From contig MHHP01000016.1 of the NCBI GenBank assembly GCA_001817055.1, forward strand, positions 1 to 34,483: a stretch of 34,483 nt of DNA, read 5' to 3'. Source of the DNA: Candidatus Andersenbacteria bacterium RIFCSPHIGHO2_02_FULL_45_11. Its GTDB lineage: Bacteria; Patescibacteriota; Andersenbacteria; UBA10190. A model generated the notes under the pieces. It was not told the DNA's origin. It did no database searches and saw nothing but the letters and a program-made list of their open reading frames with translations. The translations under genes were made by a program, and so were the position numbers. This document shows positions 8,787 to 17,514 of this stretch, in pieces; the stretch's first letter is position 1, and each line of letters starts with the position of its first letter.

Positions 8787-11700
8787 TTATACACGACGCG
8801 TGGTTGATCGGTAGATAGCGTATCCAAGCCCTGCAATCACTAGGGCAAGGAGCCAATACATCCAGTTTTTCCGTAGTGCGCTCGGAGAGTCTGCTTCTTG
8901 TGGCTCTGGTGTTGGAGATATAGTCTCCTGTTCTCCCGCAACTTCAGGAGACGTTGTTGGTGTAGGAGATGGTGACACCGATAGTGTCTGTGATACTTGC
9001 TGCCCAGATGTTGTCGTTCCGTACACTCGCCCACTTCCTGTTTCATATGCAATTTGTGTTCCCGTAACTACCGGTGCAGCAATCGTACTTGCTGGAGATT
9101 TCTTTGCTGTTGTCTTGGCGCCCAATACCCTTCCTGCAGAAGATGACGAAACTGTTGTGCTCGATGATGAATCTCCACTGCTTCCGCCAGTCCCCGCTCC
9201 GCCAGTTGTTGGTTCTGTGCCAAACGAGTATTCGTTACTTACCGATTCCGGTGAGCCCGCAGAAATCACACGGTAGAAATACGTAGTGTTGGAATTCAAC
9301 CCGCTAATAAGTACTGAATGATTTGTGACTTTGTTCGGCGCAACATCTAACAAGTCCGAAGAATTCGTATATCCATAATTAGGGCCACTTCCCAGTACTG
9401 GCACAGACGTTGTTCCAAATACCACGCGTGAAGTGGACGGATCGTCTGTAGTCCAGTCAATTCTTCGCTCTTGAGAAGGATTACTTGTAGTAATTGCGAT
9501 TATGCTTTGTTCGGATACTACAGGGGCAATTGCATATACTTCCGTCATAATTCCAGATGCATTAGAAGCGCCATCAATTGCGATTGCTTTCAGCGTTAAT
9601 GAATGATCAATAGTAACCGGGCCAGTATATAGCGTACTTGCAGATGTTGGAGTGCTACCATCTAATGTGTAATAGATAGTAAACGCATTTGCATCAGTAC
9701 TTGAGATCGTAACACTTTGGTCAACAAGGTAATCTCCACTTGGAATATTTGCAACCGGTGTTGTTGGAGCAATAGTGTCTACAACGTTTACCGTTCGAGT
9801 TACTTGTGTTGCTGAATTTCCTGCTGCGTCATTTACGTTATGTGTAACGGTATACGCTCCTACAGCATTGGTATTTACAGGGTTTACCGTAACAATATTC
9901 GCTGTGATGTTTCCGTCCACGTCATCAGATGCCGTTGCACCTGCATCCGTATATGTAGTTCCAAATTCAACGGTAACAGGCGTTGAACCTGCAAGTGTAA
10001 TGAGCGGCGCAGTAGTGTCAATTACTACCTGCGTTGAAACTACTGGCGTACTTTCATTTCCTGCATTATCAGTAGCTTTCACCGATACGGTATACGAACC
10101 TTCAGCTAATGTTGTGGTTGTAAATGAATACGTGTCATCTCCTGAGTTATAGCTTGCAAGATTCCAGTTCGATCCACCATCGGTGGTGTATTCAACTTTT
10201 TGAATTCCAGAATTATCATCAGTAGCCGTGCCTGTAAATGAAGGTGTTGTATCGTTTGTAGGAGATGCTATGGAATTGATTGTTGCGACCGGATTCACCG
10301 TATCTACATTTACTGTTCCAGTTACAGATTCAGCGCTTTCATTCCCTGCATTATCAACCGCCTTTACGAAGAAGTTCCATATGCCATCGGTCAACGAACT
10401 AATGTACGAAGCTGTAGCATCTGCTGTTTGGTCTGCAATAGTTGTTGCACCTTGTACTGCACGAATTACGTAATGAGATATATCCGACGCTGCGCTATTT
10501 ACTGCATTATCAACAGAATCTGCCCACGCCCATGTTTGCAACACAAGCTTAGTAGGACTTAGCGTAGAAGGTAGCCCAGGAATGGTTGGGGAAGATTTAT
10601 CGATTCTTACTTGCGTTGCCTCGGTAACAACAGCTTCCGTATTGCCAACTGCATCTACCGAGAAATATTTGATCGTATATATTCCATCAGTTGTCAGCGA
10701 TATGGTTGATCCGATATTGCTTCCAATAGTTGGAGTATCGCCATTTGTTGTGTAGTACGTAGTGTTGCATCCGGCTGCACCAACATCATTGCACGTTAAC
10801 GTAATCGTCACATCCTGGTTTGTCCAAGCACCATCAATTGCAGACGCAGTTGTTGCGGGCGCTGTTCGATCAATCGTTACTTCCCATGGGCCAGACCAAT
10901 CACTGCAATTCCCTAATGAGTCACACGCACGAACCTGCCAGTAGTAGGTTCCATTTGAAGTACCAGAAGCATCAATCTCAGAAGTACTCATTGCTCCGGA
11001 TGTATATATAGGTGAACTGAATGCATTGTTCGCACCTACTGCATCAGAGGTTGCAGACTGGTAATAATATGTAACTGGGTTATTAAGGCCATCAGAAACA
11101 TCTTCCCAGTTTAGGAGGAGGCCGGTTGCAGCTACCAGCGCCCCATCTGCAGGGCCCGTAAGCGCAGGTACGGCTGGAGCGTCGGCATCAATAAAGAATG
11201 GGCCAACATGCATTGCCGCAGACCAATTACCAGCGTTGTCTACCGTTCGCAGATGGAAGTAATGGGAGTCTCCTGCCACCAAACTCGAACTCGTTACGTT
11301 CGTAGTAGTTTCTTCGTCATCTTTTGTTGCATCTGGCGTAGTTATAGCATTGGTATCCCACTCGTATGAGAAGCCATCTACTCCAGATAGTGCATCGGTT
11401 GCGCCGCTAATAGAAAGATCGACGGTGGTGTCAGTTGACCATGTTGAAACTGTATGGCTCGTGGATGTAACTGTAGGGTTTACCGGTACCACACCATCAA
11501 TAGTAACCATCCATGGCCCAGACCAGTCACTACAGTTATCCAATGAATCGCAGGCACGAGCTTGCCAGTAGTAGGTGTTATCTGGTGAACCGGAAGCGTC
11601 AATTTCAGAAGCACTTAACGCACCTGATGCATATGGAGAGGAGGTTAGTGCGTTATTCGCGCCTACCACACTATTCAAAGCAGATTGATAATAATAACTA

Positions 11701-13346
11701 ACTGGATTACTAATATTGTTTGGATCAGTCTCGATTGACCAATCAAGCAGTACACTCGCCGGCTGCGTAATCGTTCCACTAACAGGGCCAACTAAAGACG
11801 GTACAGCTGGTGCAATAGTGTCAACAAACGTAATCGTTGCTGTATCTGTTACAACGGCAGCGTCGGTAGTATTTGTTGCGGTAAACACATCAACGGCAGG
11901 CGTAGTTGAAGTTACAGAGAATGTTACTTGGCCATTACTATCGCTTGGGCCAGAAGCTGCGCCTATCACTGGTGATCCAGCTCCAGAAGTTTTCGCGAGT
12001 GTTACTGTCTTGCCAGAAAGCGGATTTCCGAATTGATCCGTAATCGTAACCGTCACAACCGACGCAGTCGTACCATCTGCCTCAACCGTAGCCGGCACGG
12101 CAGCAATAGTGGACGCAGATGCGCTGAAAGCTCCAACTGTTTCTTGTAGGCCGGAAGTAGCGCTAACAGTATCTAGGGTTGCAGTTACTGTGCCACTACT
12201 CGAAACTGTGAAATCGCCCATCGCTAACGGCGTACCGTTGATCGGCCTAACCTTTGCTCCACTAAAGTGTAGTGTCGCATCGCAAGTTGCAGATGATGCT
12301 TGAGTTACATTAAAGCTAACACTTGTTGCTGTAGGGCTCTGAGAAGCCCACACAGGCTCAATACCATCAAGCTGTACCTTGTTAGCCGCAGCGCAACTAA
12401 GAGTATGCGTTTCTCGCACTACAGAAACTGCGCTCGATGTGTCAAATTCAAATCCAGACGGAACGTTCAAACTTAAAGTTCCAACACCGATTTGGCCAGG
12501 CACAGTTTCTACAAGACTTATAGTCGGCACAGTAGTGTATACGCCTGTTCCAGGTGCAGTTGCTGCCGTATCAGCCGAAACTGCGAAAATCGTGAAGTGG
12601 TCTAGGCCAGTAATCGTTACTGTAGATTCTTCTTGCGTAGCTTTTTGCGTAACGTCTTGCGCATTATCTAATTCACCTCTTGTTTCCGCATACTTCACTG
12701 TTACATCCTTCGCATTGCTTGGCTTTGGCAATGTTAAATTATAGCGGAACGATCCGTTTTCCATCGTGCTTGTAATATCGTAGGCGGTATCACTTACAGC
12801 ACCCAATTGCTTTTGTTCATCTTCAGTAAGTTTTACTTCTTTTATAGTAAGAGTTCCTGGAGTGTCTGGAAGTTTTGTAAACTTTACCTTCACAGCAGAA
12901 TTTTGCGGGGCCGTATATGTTGCGTGTACCGATACTGACTCTTTCGTAATTGCAGCACCATTGCTTGTAATATTCCAAGCGCCTTCTTCTGTATCTTGGC
13001 CCTGAGTTTTTTCTTCCTCAGCAACTGCTGGATCTGGCGCTACTACAGCTTCCGTAGTCTCTGCTACTGGGGATTCAGAAACTTCAGGAGCTGGGGTTAC
13101 GTCTGAGGTTGGTTCTGGTGCGGATTCTTGAGATGCTAAAGGTTCTTCCTCGACTACTATCTCAGTGGGAGCTTGGGATTCTTCTGGCGCAGGAGCCTCT
13201 TGCGGAACTTCTACTACAACGGGCGCACTCTCCCCCTCATCTGCAGATGCAACATTATATGCGATCCCTGGCAATACAGGCTGCAATACAAAAGATAGAA
13301 TAGTTAGAGCCGACCATACGCGCATCTTTTTCTTGAGCTTGTCCAT
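8787..13346 (-). CDS. giant secreted, C-terminally anchored surface protein with Ig-like, chitobiase-C-like and FN3 domains (1519 aa)
   Basis: - Signal peptide, then an acidic/Pro-rich spacer.
- Big_1-like segment (EADGTTASVVTVTITDQFGNPLSGKTVTL).
- Repeated DNAGN(E/W)S Ig-like modules.
- DDVDGNITANIV...NDAAGNSATQ module.
- Two chitobiase-C-like segments (FTIYYTLDGSTPT).
- FN3/PAP-N-like RIDWTTDDPSTSRV...NTTYFYRV.
- S/T/P linker and terminal TM WMYWLLALVIAGLGYAIY. Confidence 0.9.
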   Translation of the reverse strand: MDKLKKKMRVWSALTILSFVLQPVLPGIAYNVASADEGESAPVVVEVPQEAPAPEESQAPTEIVVEEEPLASQESAPEPTSDVTPAPEVSESPVAETTEAVVAPDPAVAEEEKTQGQDTEEGAWNITSNGAAITKESVSVHATYTAPQNSAVKVKFTKLPDTPGTLTIKEVKLTEDEQKQLGAVSDTAYDITSTMENGSFRYNLTLPKPSNAKDVTVKYAETRGELDNAQDVTQKATQEESTVTITGLDHFTIFAVSADTAATAPGTGVYTTVPTISLVETVPGQIGVGTLSLNVPSGFEFDTSSAVSVVRETHTLSCAAANKVQLDGIEPVWASQSPTATSVSFNVTQASSATCDATLHFSGAKVRPINGTPLAMGDFTVSSSGTVTATLDTVSATSGLQETVGAFSASASTIAAVPATVEADGTTASVVTVTITDQFGNPLSGKTVTLAKTSGAGSPVIGAASGPSDSNGQVTFSVTSTTPAVDVFTATNTTDAAVVTDTATITFVDTIAPAVPSLVGPVSGTITQPASVLLDWSIETDPNNISNPVSYYYQSALNSVVGANNALTSSPYASGALSASEIDASGSPDNTYYWQARACDSLDNCSDWSGPWMVTIDGVVPVNPTVTSTSHTVSTWSTDTTVDLSISGATDALSGVDGFSYEWDTNAITTPDATKDDEETTTNVTSSSLVAGDSHYFHLRTVDNAGNWSAAMHVGPFFIDADAPAVPALTGPADGALVAATGLLLNWEDVSDGLNNPVTYYYQSATSDAVGANNAFSSPIYTSGAMSTSEIDASGTSNGTYYWQVRACDSLGNCSDWSGPWEVTIDRTAPATTASAIDGAWTNQDVTITLTCNDVGAAGCNTTYYTTNGDTPTIGSNIGSTISLTTDGIYTIKYFSVDAVGNTEAVVTEATQVRIDKSSPTIPGLPSTLSPTKLVLQTWAWADSVDNAVNSAASDISHYVIRAVQGATTIADQTADATASYISSLTDGIWNFFVKAVDNAGNESAESVTGTVNVDTVNPVATINSIASPTNDTTPSFTGTATDDNSGIQKVEYTTDGGSNWNLASYNSGDDTYSFTTTTLAEGSYTVSVKATDNAGNESTPVVSTQVVIDTTAPLITLAGSTPVTVEFGTTYTDAGATASDDVDGNITANIVTVNPVNTNAVGAYTVTHNVNDAAGNSATQVTRTVNVVDTIAPTTPVANIPSGDYLVDQSVTISSTDANAFTIYYTLDGSTPTSASTLYTGPVTIDHSLTLKAIAIDGASNASGIMTEVYAIAPVVSEQSIIAITTSNPSQERRIDWTTDDPSTSRVVFGTTSVPVLGSGPNYGYTNSSDLLDVAPNKVTNHSVLISGLNSNTTYFYRVISAGSPESVSNEYSFGTEPTTGGAGTGGSSGDSSSSTTVSSSSAGRVLGAKTTAKKSPASTIAAPVVTGTQIAYETGSGRVYGTTTSGQQVSQTLSVSPSPTPTTSPEVAGEQETISPTPEPQEADSPSALRKNWMYWLLALVIAGLGYAIYRSTTRRV
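10858..11815 (-). repeat. internal duplication of a ~108-codon module in the giant gene (copies ~11490-11815 and ~10858-11183)
   Basis: Both copies encode APAVP...NPV(S/T)YYYQSA...GANNA...SEIDASG...TYYWQ(A/V)RACDSL(D/G)NCSDWSGPW(M/E)VTID. They are spaced ~207 codons apart. DNA similarity is visible, e.g. CCATGGGCCAGACCA...TGCCAGTAGTAGGT. Confidence 0.75.
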
Positions 13347-13471
13347 AGTGAAGAAATGTTAAAAACAATTATGTATAAAGTGTTCCTTTTCAATATACAC
13401 AATACAAGCCTATTTTGTTTTTTGTTTGTCCACAGGCCTTCGCTGAAGCTACGGCCTGCTAGGCAGTCCAC

Positions 13472-13506
13472 TGTCATTACCCGGCTTGACCGGGTAATCC
13501 ACGTCG
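13472..13506. repeat. REP-like 35-bp element, copy 2 (identical to 5043-5077)
   Basis: Same 35 nt in the same orientation. Ends 4 nt before the stop of the lipase-like gene, so it sits immediately downstream of that minus-strand gene and upstream of the giant gene. Confidence 0.85.
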
Positions 13507-13510
13507 AATT

Positions 13511-15337
13511 CTAGGTAGTCGGCAAACTGACTCCCTTTCCTTTGTAATACTGCATTGTATTTTTAAGCTTGTCCCAATCACCCTTATCCGTTAAATAGCG
13601 CTCTGCCCAGTAGTGCCATTCATCACTCGTTGGCGTGCGTCCGCATACTTCAAAAAATATTGTGTTGAGCGGTTGTAATTTTTCAATCGCGACTTTGCGA
13701 AGTTTTGGTTTCCTTGCCCTGAGCTTGTCGAAGGGTTTACTCCTTGCGCCAAGCACTTTCCCTTTCTTCGCAGTTTTTATTTCCGTGTCACGTCCAGGGC
13801 AACAATCCTTTTCATCGCCAGGGCCGCCAGATGCAGTTGTAATAACCGGCTTATCATTTTTAATTTCACTTACAACAGCCGCTTCGCCATCTTCTCCAAT
13901 CGTCACTGTAAACGATTCTTCTTTTCCCAGTATCGTAGTGCCGGTAAGCGTTGTAGATGTAGATTCCTCGGCATCTGTATGGGTCACAATAACTGTGTAT
14001 GGGCCGGTATCTGTTCCGGTGAGCTTTACCGTGTACGTTCCCGCTTCTAATTCTTTAATGATAATAACTTTCGGATTATCCGCCTCCTCATCATCACTTA
14101 TATCTATAAACGCATCATCCCCAAAGTCATTTGTACTTTTTGAAACCGTTTTACCAGAAGCATCCGTAATCGTAATATCAACTGGCGACAGCACTACAAA
14201 GCCAGTAAGCCACTGTGGCTCTTCGTAGGTAAATACTTTCGGAGTATCGTTCGTAATTCCAATTGCAGCTAACGCCTCATTTTGCGCATATTCTGGCAGC
14301 GCACTATGAGGAATGTTTCCTACTGTCACTTTACGAGATCCTATCAACGCACTGGATTTTAATACCGTAGTATCACCTTGTGTGTCATTCGGCTGCGGCA
14401 CGTCTTGCACAGGATGACCGTCGCGCCAACGTTCCAATTGCACGTCTTCTTCGCTTCGCGCATTCGTAAGCTCCACATTTCCAAGCGTGTTGTTATCGAC
14501 TCCTGCAATTGTCGTAACAACAGCTCGGCTAAATAGCTGAGTGCGCGCTGCAATCAATCCCTCTAAGAATGTATTACGCTCACCGGACGTTGTGAGCGCC
14601 CCGCTTTTATTCAAATAGTTATTGACGGGCAACAACTCTCTCAGAGATGGAAATATCTGGCGGAATGATTTGGGCTCAATATCTTCAATATTTCGACGTT
14701 TCCTAAGGGCACCTTCAATTTGATTCATATAAAATCTCAGGGGCGCACTCCATGTAGGTGGAAATATTCCACCTTCCCACGGTAAATATGCTCCGCTTGC
14801 TCCCAAATTAGGCGTACCTAGCATTACAAACTTATCTATCTCACCACGCGTAAAGTCGCTGCTTTTTATGTATCCCTGCGTCAGCAGCCCACCCATACTG
14901 TGCGCAATAATGTCTACTTTCCCCGTTTTTTGCTTTGCTTGTTCAATAATCGGATCCAAAAATTCATGCGCAGATTCCGCATTTGGCTGCCGCCAATCGT
15001 AATACGCAACAAACAAGTCCGTATCTTTCACATACCCTTCTGCTTCGAACCGCATCTCCAAGCCTTGATATATTTTATGGAATGGAACCGGTCCCCACGT
15101 ACCTCCCGATTTATCTGCAAATAAAGAAAAGCCATTAAATGAGCCAACAATGCCGGGTACAATGACAACGGCGTCTCGAGTTGCTCGGCACTCAGAAGAG
15201 CTAGGAAATGCAGTACACGGATCTGGCAATGGGGTTGGTGAATCGGGCGGCGCAACCCTTGTAAAGGCAAGAGTAGAAAACGAATACAAACAACCTACAA
15301 AACATAAGCCAAGAACTAATTTGTATTTACTAGCCAT
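13511..15337 (-). CDS. secreted alpha/beta hydrolase (lipase / LCAT / PGAP1-like) with beta-sandwich and DUF4214-like C-terminal regions
   Basis: Signal peptide MASKYKLVLGLCFVGCLYSFSTLAFT. YYDWR motif and nucleophile elbow AHSMGG. C-terminal GRTPTSDEWHYWAERYL resembles DUF4214. The ATG at 15337 is preferred over the GTG at 15346. Confidence 0.8.
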   Translation of the reverse strand: MASKYKLVLGLCFVGCLYSFSTLAFTRVAPPDSPTPLPDPCTAFPSSSECRATRDAVVIVPGIVGSFNGFSLFADKSGGTWGPVPFHKIYQGLEMRFEAEGYVKDTDLFVAYYDWRQPNAESAHEFLDPIIEQAKQKTGKVDIIAHSMGGLLTQGYIKSSDFTRGEIDKFVMLGTPNLGASGAYLPWEGGIFPPTWSAPLRFYMNQIEGALRKRRNIEDIEPKSFRQIFPSLRELLPVNNYLNKSGALTTSGERNTFLEGLIAARTQLFSRAVVTTIAGVDNNTLGNVELTNARSEEDVQLERWRDGHPVQDVPQPNDTQGDTTVLKSSALIGSRKVTVGNIPHSALPEYAQNEALAAIGITNDTPKVFTYEEPQWLTGFVVLSPVDITITDASGKTVSKSTNDFGDDAFIDISDDEEADNPKVIIIKELEAGTYTVKLTGTDTGPYTVIVTHTDAEESTSTTLTGTTILGKEESFTVTIGEDGEAAVVSEIKNDKPVITTASGGPGDEKDCCPGRDTEIKTAKKGKVLGARSKPFDKLRARKPKLRKVAIEKLQPLNTIFFEVCGRTPTSDEWHYWAERYLTDKGDWDKLKNTMQYYKGKGVSLPTT

Positions 15338-15412
15338 ATAAATCACGTAATGCCAGACTTGCAGCGATCGCCAGTATTAAATATGGAGCAAGTAACCCTA
15401 AAACTAGGCCTA

Positions 15413-15652
15413 CTATCGAAGCAATGATGATCTTTTTTCTAAATATTGTTCCATCTTTTTTATGAGCTGCTTCTTTCCTATAAAAAAATATACCCAGGGC
15501 AATAATGCGAAAATGAACGGTAAATAAATATAACTAGAGAGTAGCGTTTCAGAGAAAACAACAATCCACTTATCTTCTGCGCCTGGATAAACTGCCGGAT
15601 TCCTACCGTAATACTCCAAAATCTTATCAACTAGCATTCGTTTATTGTACAC
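15413..15652 (-). CDS. small membrane protein (79 aa), possibly frame-shifted at its 3' end
   Basis: Contains one hydrophobic helix (YIYLPFIFALLPWVYFFIG). Lies 14 nt downstream of the KilA-N gene. See the finding on the A6 run at 15433-15438. Confidence 0.4.
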   Translation of the reverse strand: MYNKRMLVDKILEYYGRNPAVYPGAEDKWIVVFSETLLSSYIYLPFIFALLPWVYFFIGKKQLIKKMEQYLEKRSSLLR

Positions 15653-15666
15653 CTATACTTACACAA

Positions 15667-16488
15667 CTATAATAATTTCTTAAGCGTTTTGTTTCCGGCC
15701 AATGATCGCATTTGGACGATGGCAATTTCATTAAGGGTCAACAATCGATCGGGTTGAGCTAGTCCCTGCCGAATAAATTCGGCGTTCAGTGATTCCAGAT
15801 TTGCCAGGCAAACGAGCTGGGTAACATCAGCATAATCTCTCATGTTTCCTTCTTTTCTTTTGTTGGCATCCTTCCAGGCTTTTGCAGTCAATCCAAATAA
15901 TGCAACATTCAACACGTCGGCTTCATTGGCGTACGTTATGTTTGCATTTTTTCTTGATAACTTTTGAGGAACTATAATATTTTCTTTGATTGCGTCAGTA
16001 TGAATCCTATAATTAATTTTCGTGAGCATCCTTTTTGTATCCCAGCCAAGTTCCAGCTTTTTATTTTCTTCCAGCTTTAGCCTTTGAAATTCTTTGATCA
16101 AATACAGCTTAAATTCCGGAGAAATCCATGAAGCAAACTCGAATGCGATGTCCTTGTGAGCAAATGTGCCTCCACCATAGCGCCCAGCCTTACTAATCAA
16201 TCCTACGGCATTTACCGACTCAATCCAACGCTTGGGCGTAAGAGAGAAACTATTTGCACCTGCCTCGTTTTTAAACACATCGAATTCGATGTGTTTAAAA
16301 TTAGGGTTATGCAAATGTTCCCAAATACCTAAAAACTCGACAGTGTCTCGATTTCTCATCCAGTTTTGAACAACGTACTCAGTCCGCTCCTTATCTTTAA
16401 ATCGAGCTATATCTGTTAATGAAATATAATCATTTTCATTCCGTTCAAAAGTATATACTTGGATTCCCTTGGCAATAATCTTCTTCAT
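15667..16488 (-). CDS. KilA-N domain DNA-binding protein
   Basis: N-terminal YISLTDIARFKDKERTEYVVQNWMRNRDTVEFLGIWEHLHNPNFK and GRYGGGTFAHKDIAFEFASWISPEFKLYLIKEFQRLK match the widespread KilA-N protein family. Confidence 0.8.
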   Translation of the reverse strand: MKKIIAKGIQVYTFERNENDYISLTDIARFKDKERTEYVVQNWMRNRDTVEFLGIWEHLHNPNFKHIEFDVFKNEAGANSFSLTPKRWIESVNAVGLISKAGRYGGGTFAHKDIAFEFASWISPEFKLYLIKEFQRLKLEENKKLELGWDTKRMLTKINYRIHTDAIKENIIVPQKLSRKNANITYANEADVLNVALFGLTAKAWKDANKRKEGNMRDYADVTQLVCLANLESLNAEFIRQGLAQPDRLLTLNEIAIVQMRSLAGNKTLKKLL

Positions 16489-16494
16489 TGTCTT

Positions 16495-16503
16495 ATTATA
16501 TCA
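16495..16503 (-). promoter_or_regulatory. extended -10 promoter (TGaTATAAT) 6 nt upstream of the KilA-N ATG
   Basis: Minus strand reads TGATATAAT-aagaca-ATG. There is no room for an SD or leader. Confidence 0.5.
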
Positions 16504-16550
16504 CTTTCGTACAAAAAACGAATGGCGGCATGCTATCTACTAACCTAGAG

Positions 16551-16556
16551 TATACT
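16551..16556 (+). promoter_or_regulatory. -10 hexamer TATACT 6 nt upstream of the bcp ATG
   Basis: TATACT-taccac-ATG(16563). No good -35 was seen. Confidence 0.35.
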
Positions 16557-16562
16557 TACCAC

Positions 16563-17030
16563 ATGCTCAAAGAAGGAACCAAGGCGCCGGAATTTACGGC
16601 GGAAGATCAATACGGCGACACTCATACACTTGCGCAGTATGCGGGTAAATATGTAGTGCTGTATTTTTATCCGAAAGACGACACTCCCGGATGCACCAAA
16701 GAGGCGTGCGCTATTCGCGACGCATGGTCGGATTTTGCAGATCATAAGATTGCCGTGCTTGGCGTAAGCGCTGATTCTGTAAAAAGCCATGAAAAGTTTT
16801 CTAAAAAATTTGGATTGCCGTTTCCCCTTTTATCAGATCCCGATAAAAAGATCCTCAACGGCTACGAAGTAATTGGAATGAAAAAGATGTGGGGCCGAGA
16901 ATATGAAGGTATTTTGCGTATCACCTACCTTATTGCGCCAGATGGCACTATTGCAAAAGTATATCCGAAAGTGAAGCCTGCAGACCACGCACAAGAAATA
17001 TTGGCGGATATTGCAGCGCTACAGTCGTAA
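16563..17030 (+). CDS. bcp: thiol peroxidase / peroxiredoxin Bcp (PrxQ type)
   Basis: YFYPKDDTPGCTKEAC active site with resolving Cys. ~155 aa when started at MLKEGTKAPEF (ATG 16563). The longer ORF from 16488 adds an atypical N-terminus. Confidence 0.9.
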   Translation: MLKEGTKAPEFTAEDQYGDTHTLAQYAGKYVVLYFYPKDDTPGCTKEACAIRDAWSDFADHKIAVLGVSADSVKSHEKFSKKFGLPFPLLSDPDKKILNGYEVIGMKKMWGREYEGILRITYLIAPDGTIAKVYPKVKPADHAQEILADIAALQS

Positions 17031-17043
17031 CCCTTTCACGTCT

Positions 17044-17514
17044 TTACCATTCGAGCTTCTTTGCAATACCAGAAAATCTTTTATTTGGTTCAAGTGTAAG
17101 CACGTGACCATCTCCATCAAACGTGCTAGTGAAGAATTCAAGAAACCCGCTGTGCCCGAGTATTGCAGGACTATTTCCATCATCGCTAAACCAAATAGAC
17201 GACGGAAATTCGTAAACTTCCTCTTCCACTGCGAGACGCAGCACACATTTACTACCAAGAAATAATTCTTCTTTGTGTTGCTCCAATCTTCCCCGTACTT
17301 CTGACTTCGTATTCCTGTCGATAAGAATTCCTGTTATTTCCTCAATATCAAGTAATGGGAATATTGTTTGATCTGAGCCGGTATCAACTAAAGCATCAAA
17401 ACGCATCACACCTTTGGGGCCTGAAAGCAAAACTGGAATTTTTGACTGATACAATAAACCAGATTCAAATCCGGGCGCTGGTGTGATCAGTGATTTTTTG
17501 TATGAAAATTTCAC
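17044..17514 (-). CDS. retropepsin-like (clan AA) aspartic protease
   Basis: ALVDTGSDQTIFP catalytic motif. A GTG at 17514 overlaps the stop of the upstream gene (GTGA). The TTG start at 17571 would overlap that gene by 60 nt. Confidence 0.7.
   Translation of the reverse strand: MKFSYKKSLITPAPGFESGLLYQSKIPVLLSGPKGVMRFDALVDTGSDQTIFPLLDIEEITGILIDRNTKSEVRGRLEQHKEELFLGSKCVLRLAVEEEVYEFPSSIWFSDDGNSPAILGHSGFLEFFTSTFDGDGHVLTLEPNKRFSGIAKKLEW

Noticed and set aside
8779-8856. N-terminal extension of the thioredoxin ORF (MAPCPSDCRAW...)
   Set aside because: It overlaps the 3' end of the giant gene. The ATG at 8778 has a GAGGAG RBS and yields a normal signal-anchor N-terminus.
9074-13362. Many 60-125-aa plus-strand ORFs inside the giant gene region
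   Set aside because: They are antisense shadows of the 1519-aa minus-strand gene, which has coherent domain architecture. They have low-complexity S/T/V-rich translations and no RBS.
5043-13506. The two identical 35-mers as att sites of an integrated element, or as CRISPR repeats
   Set aside because: No integrase lies between or beside them, and each has an internal palindrome placed at a gene 3' end, like REP elements. Two copies 8.4 kb apart are not a CRISPR array. The island idea is kept only as a low-probability alternative in the corresponding finding.
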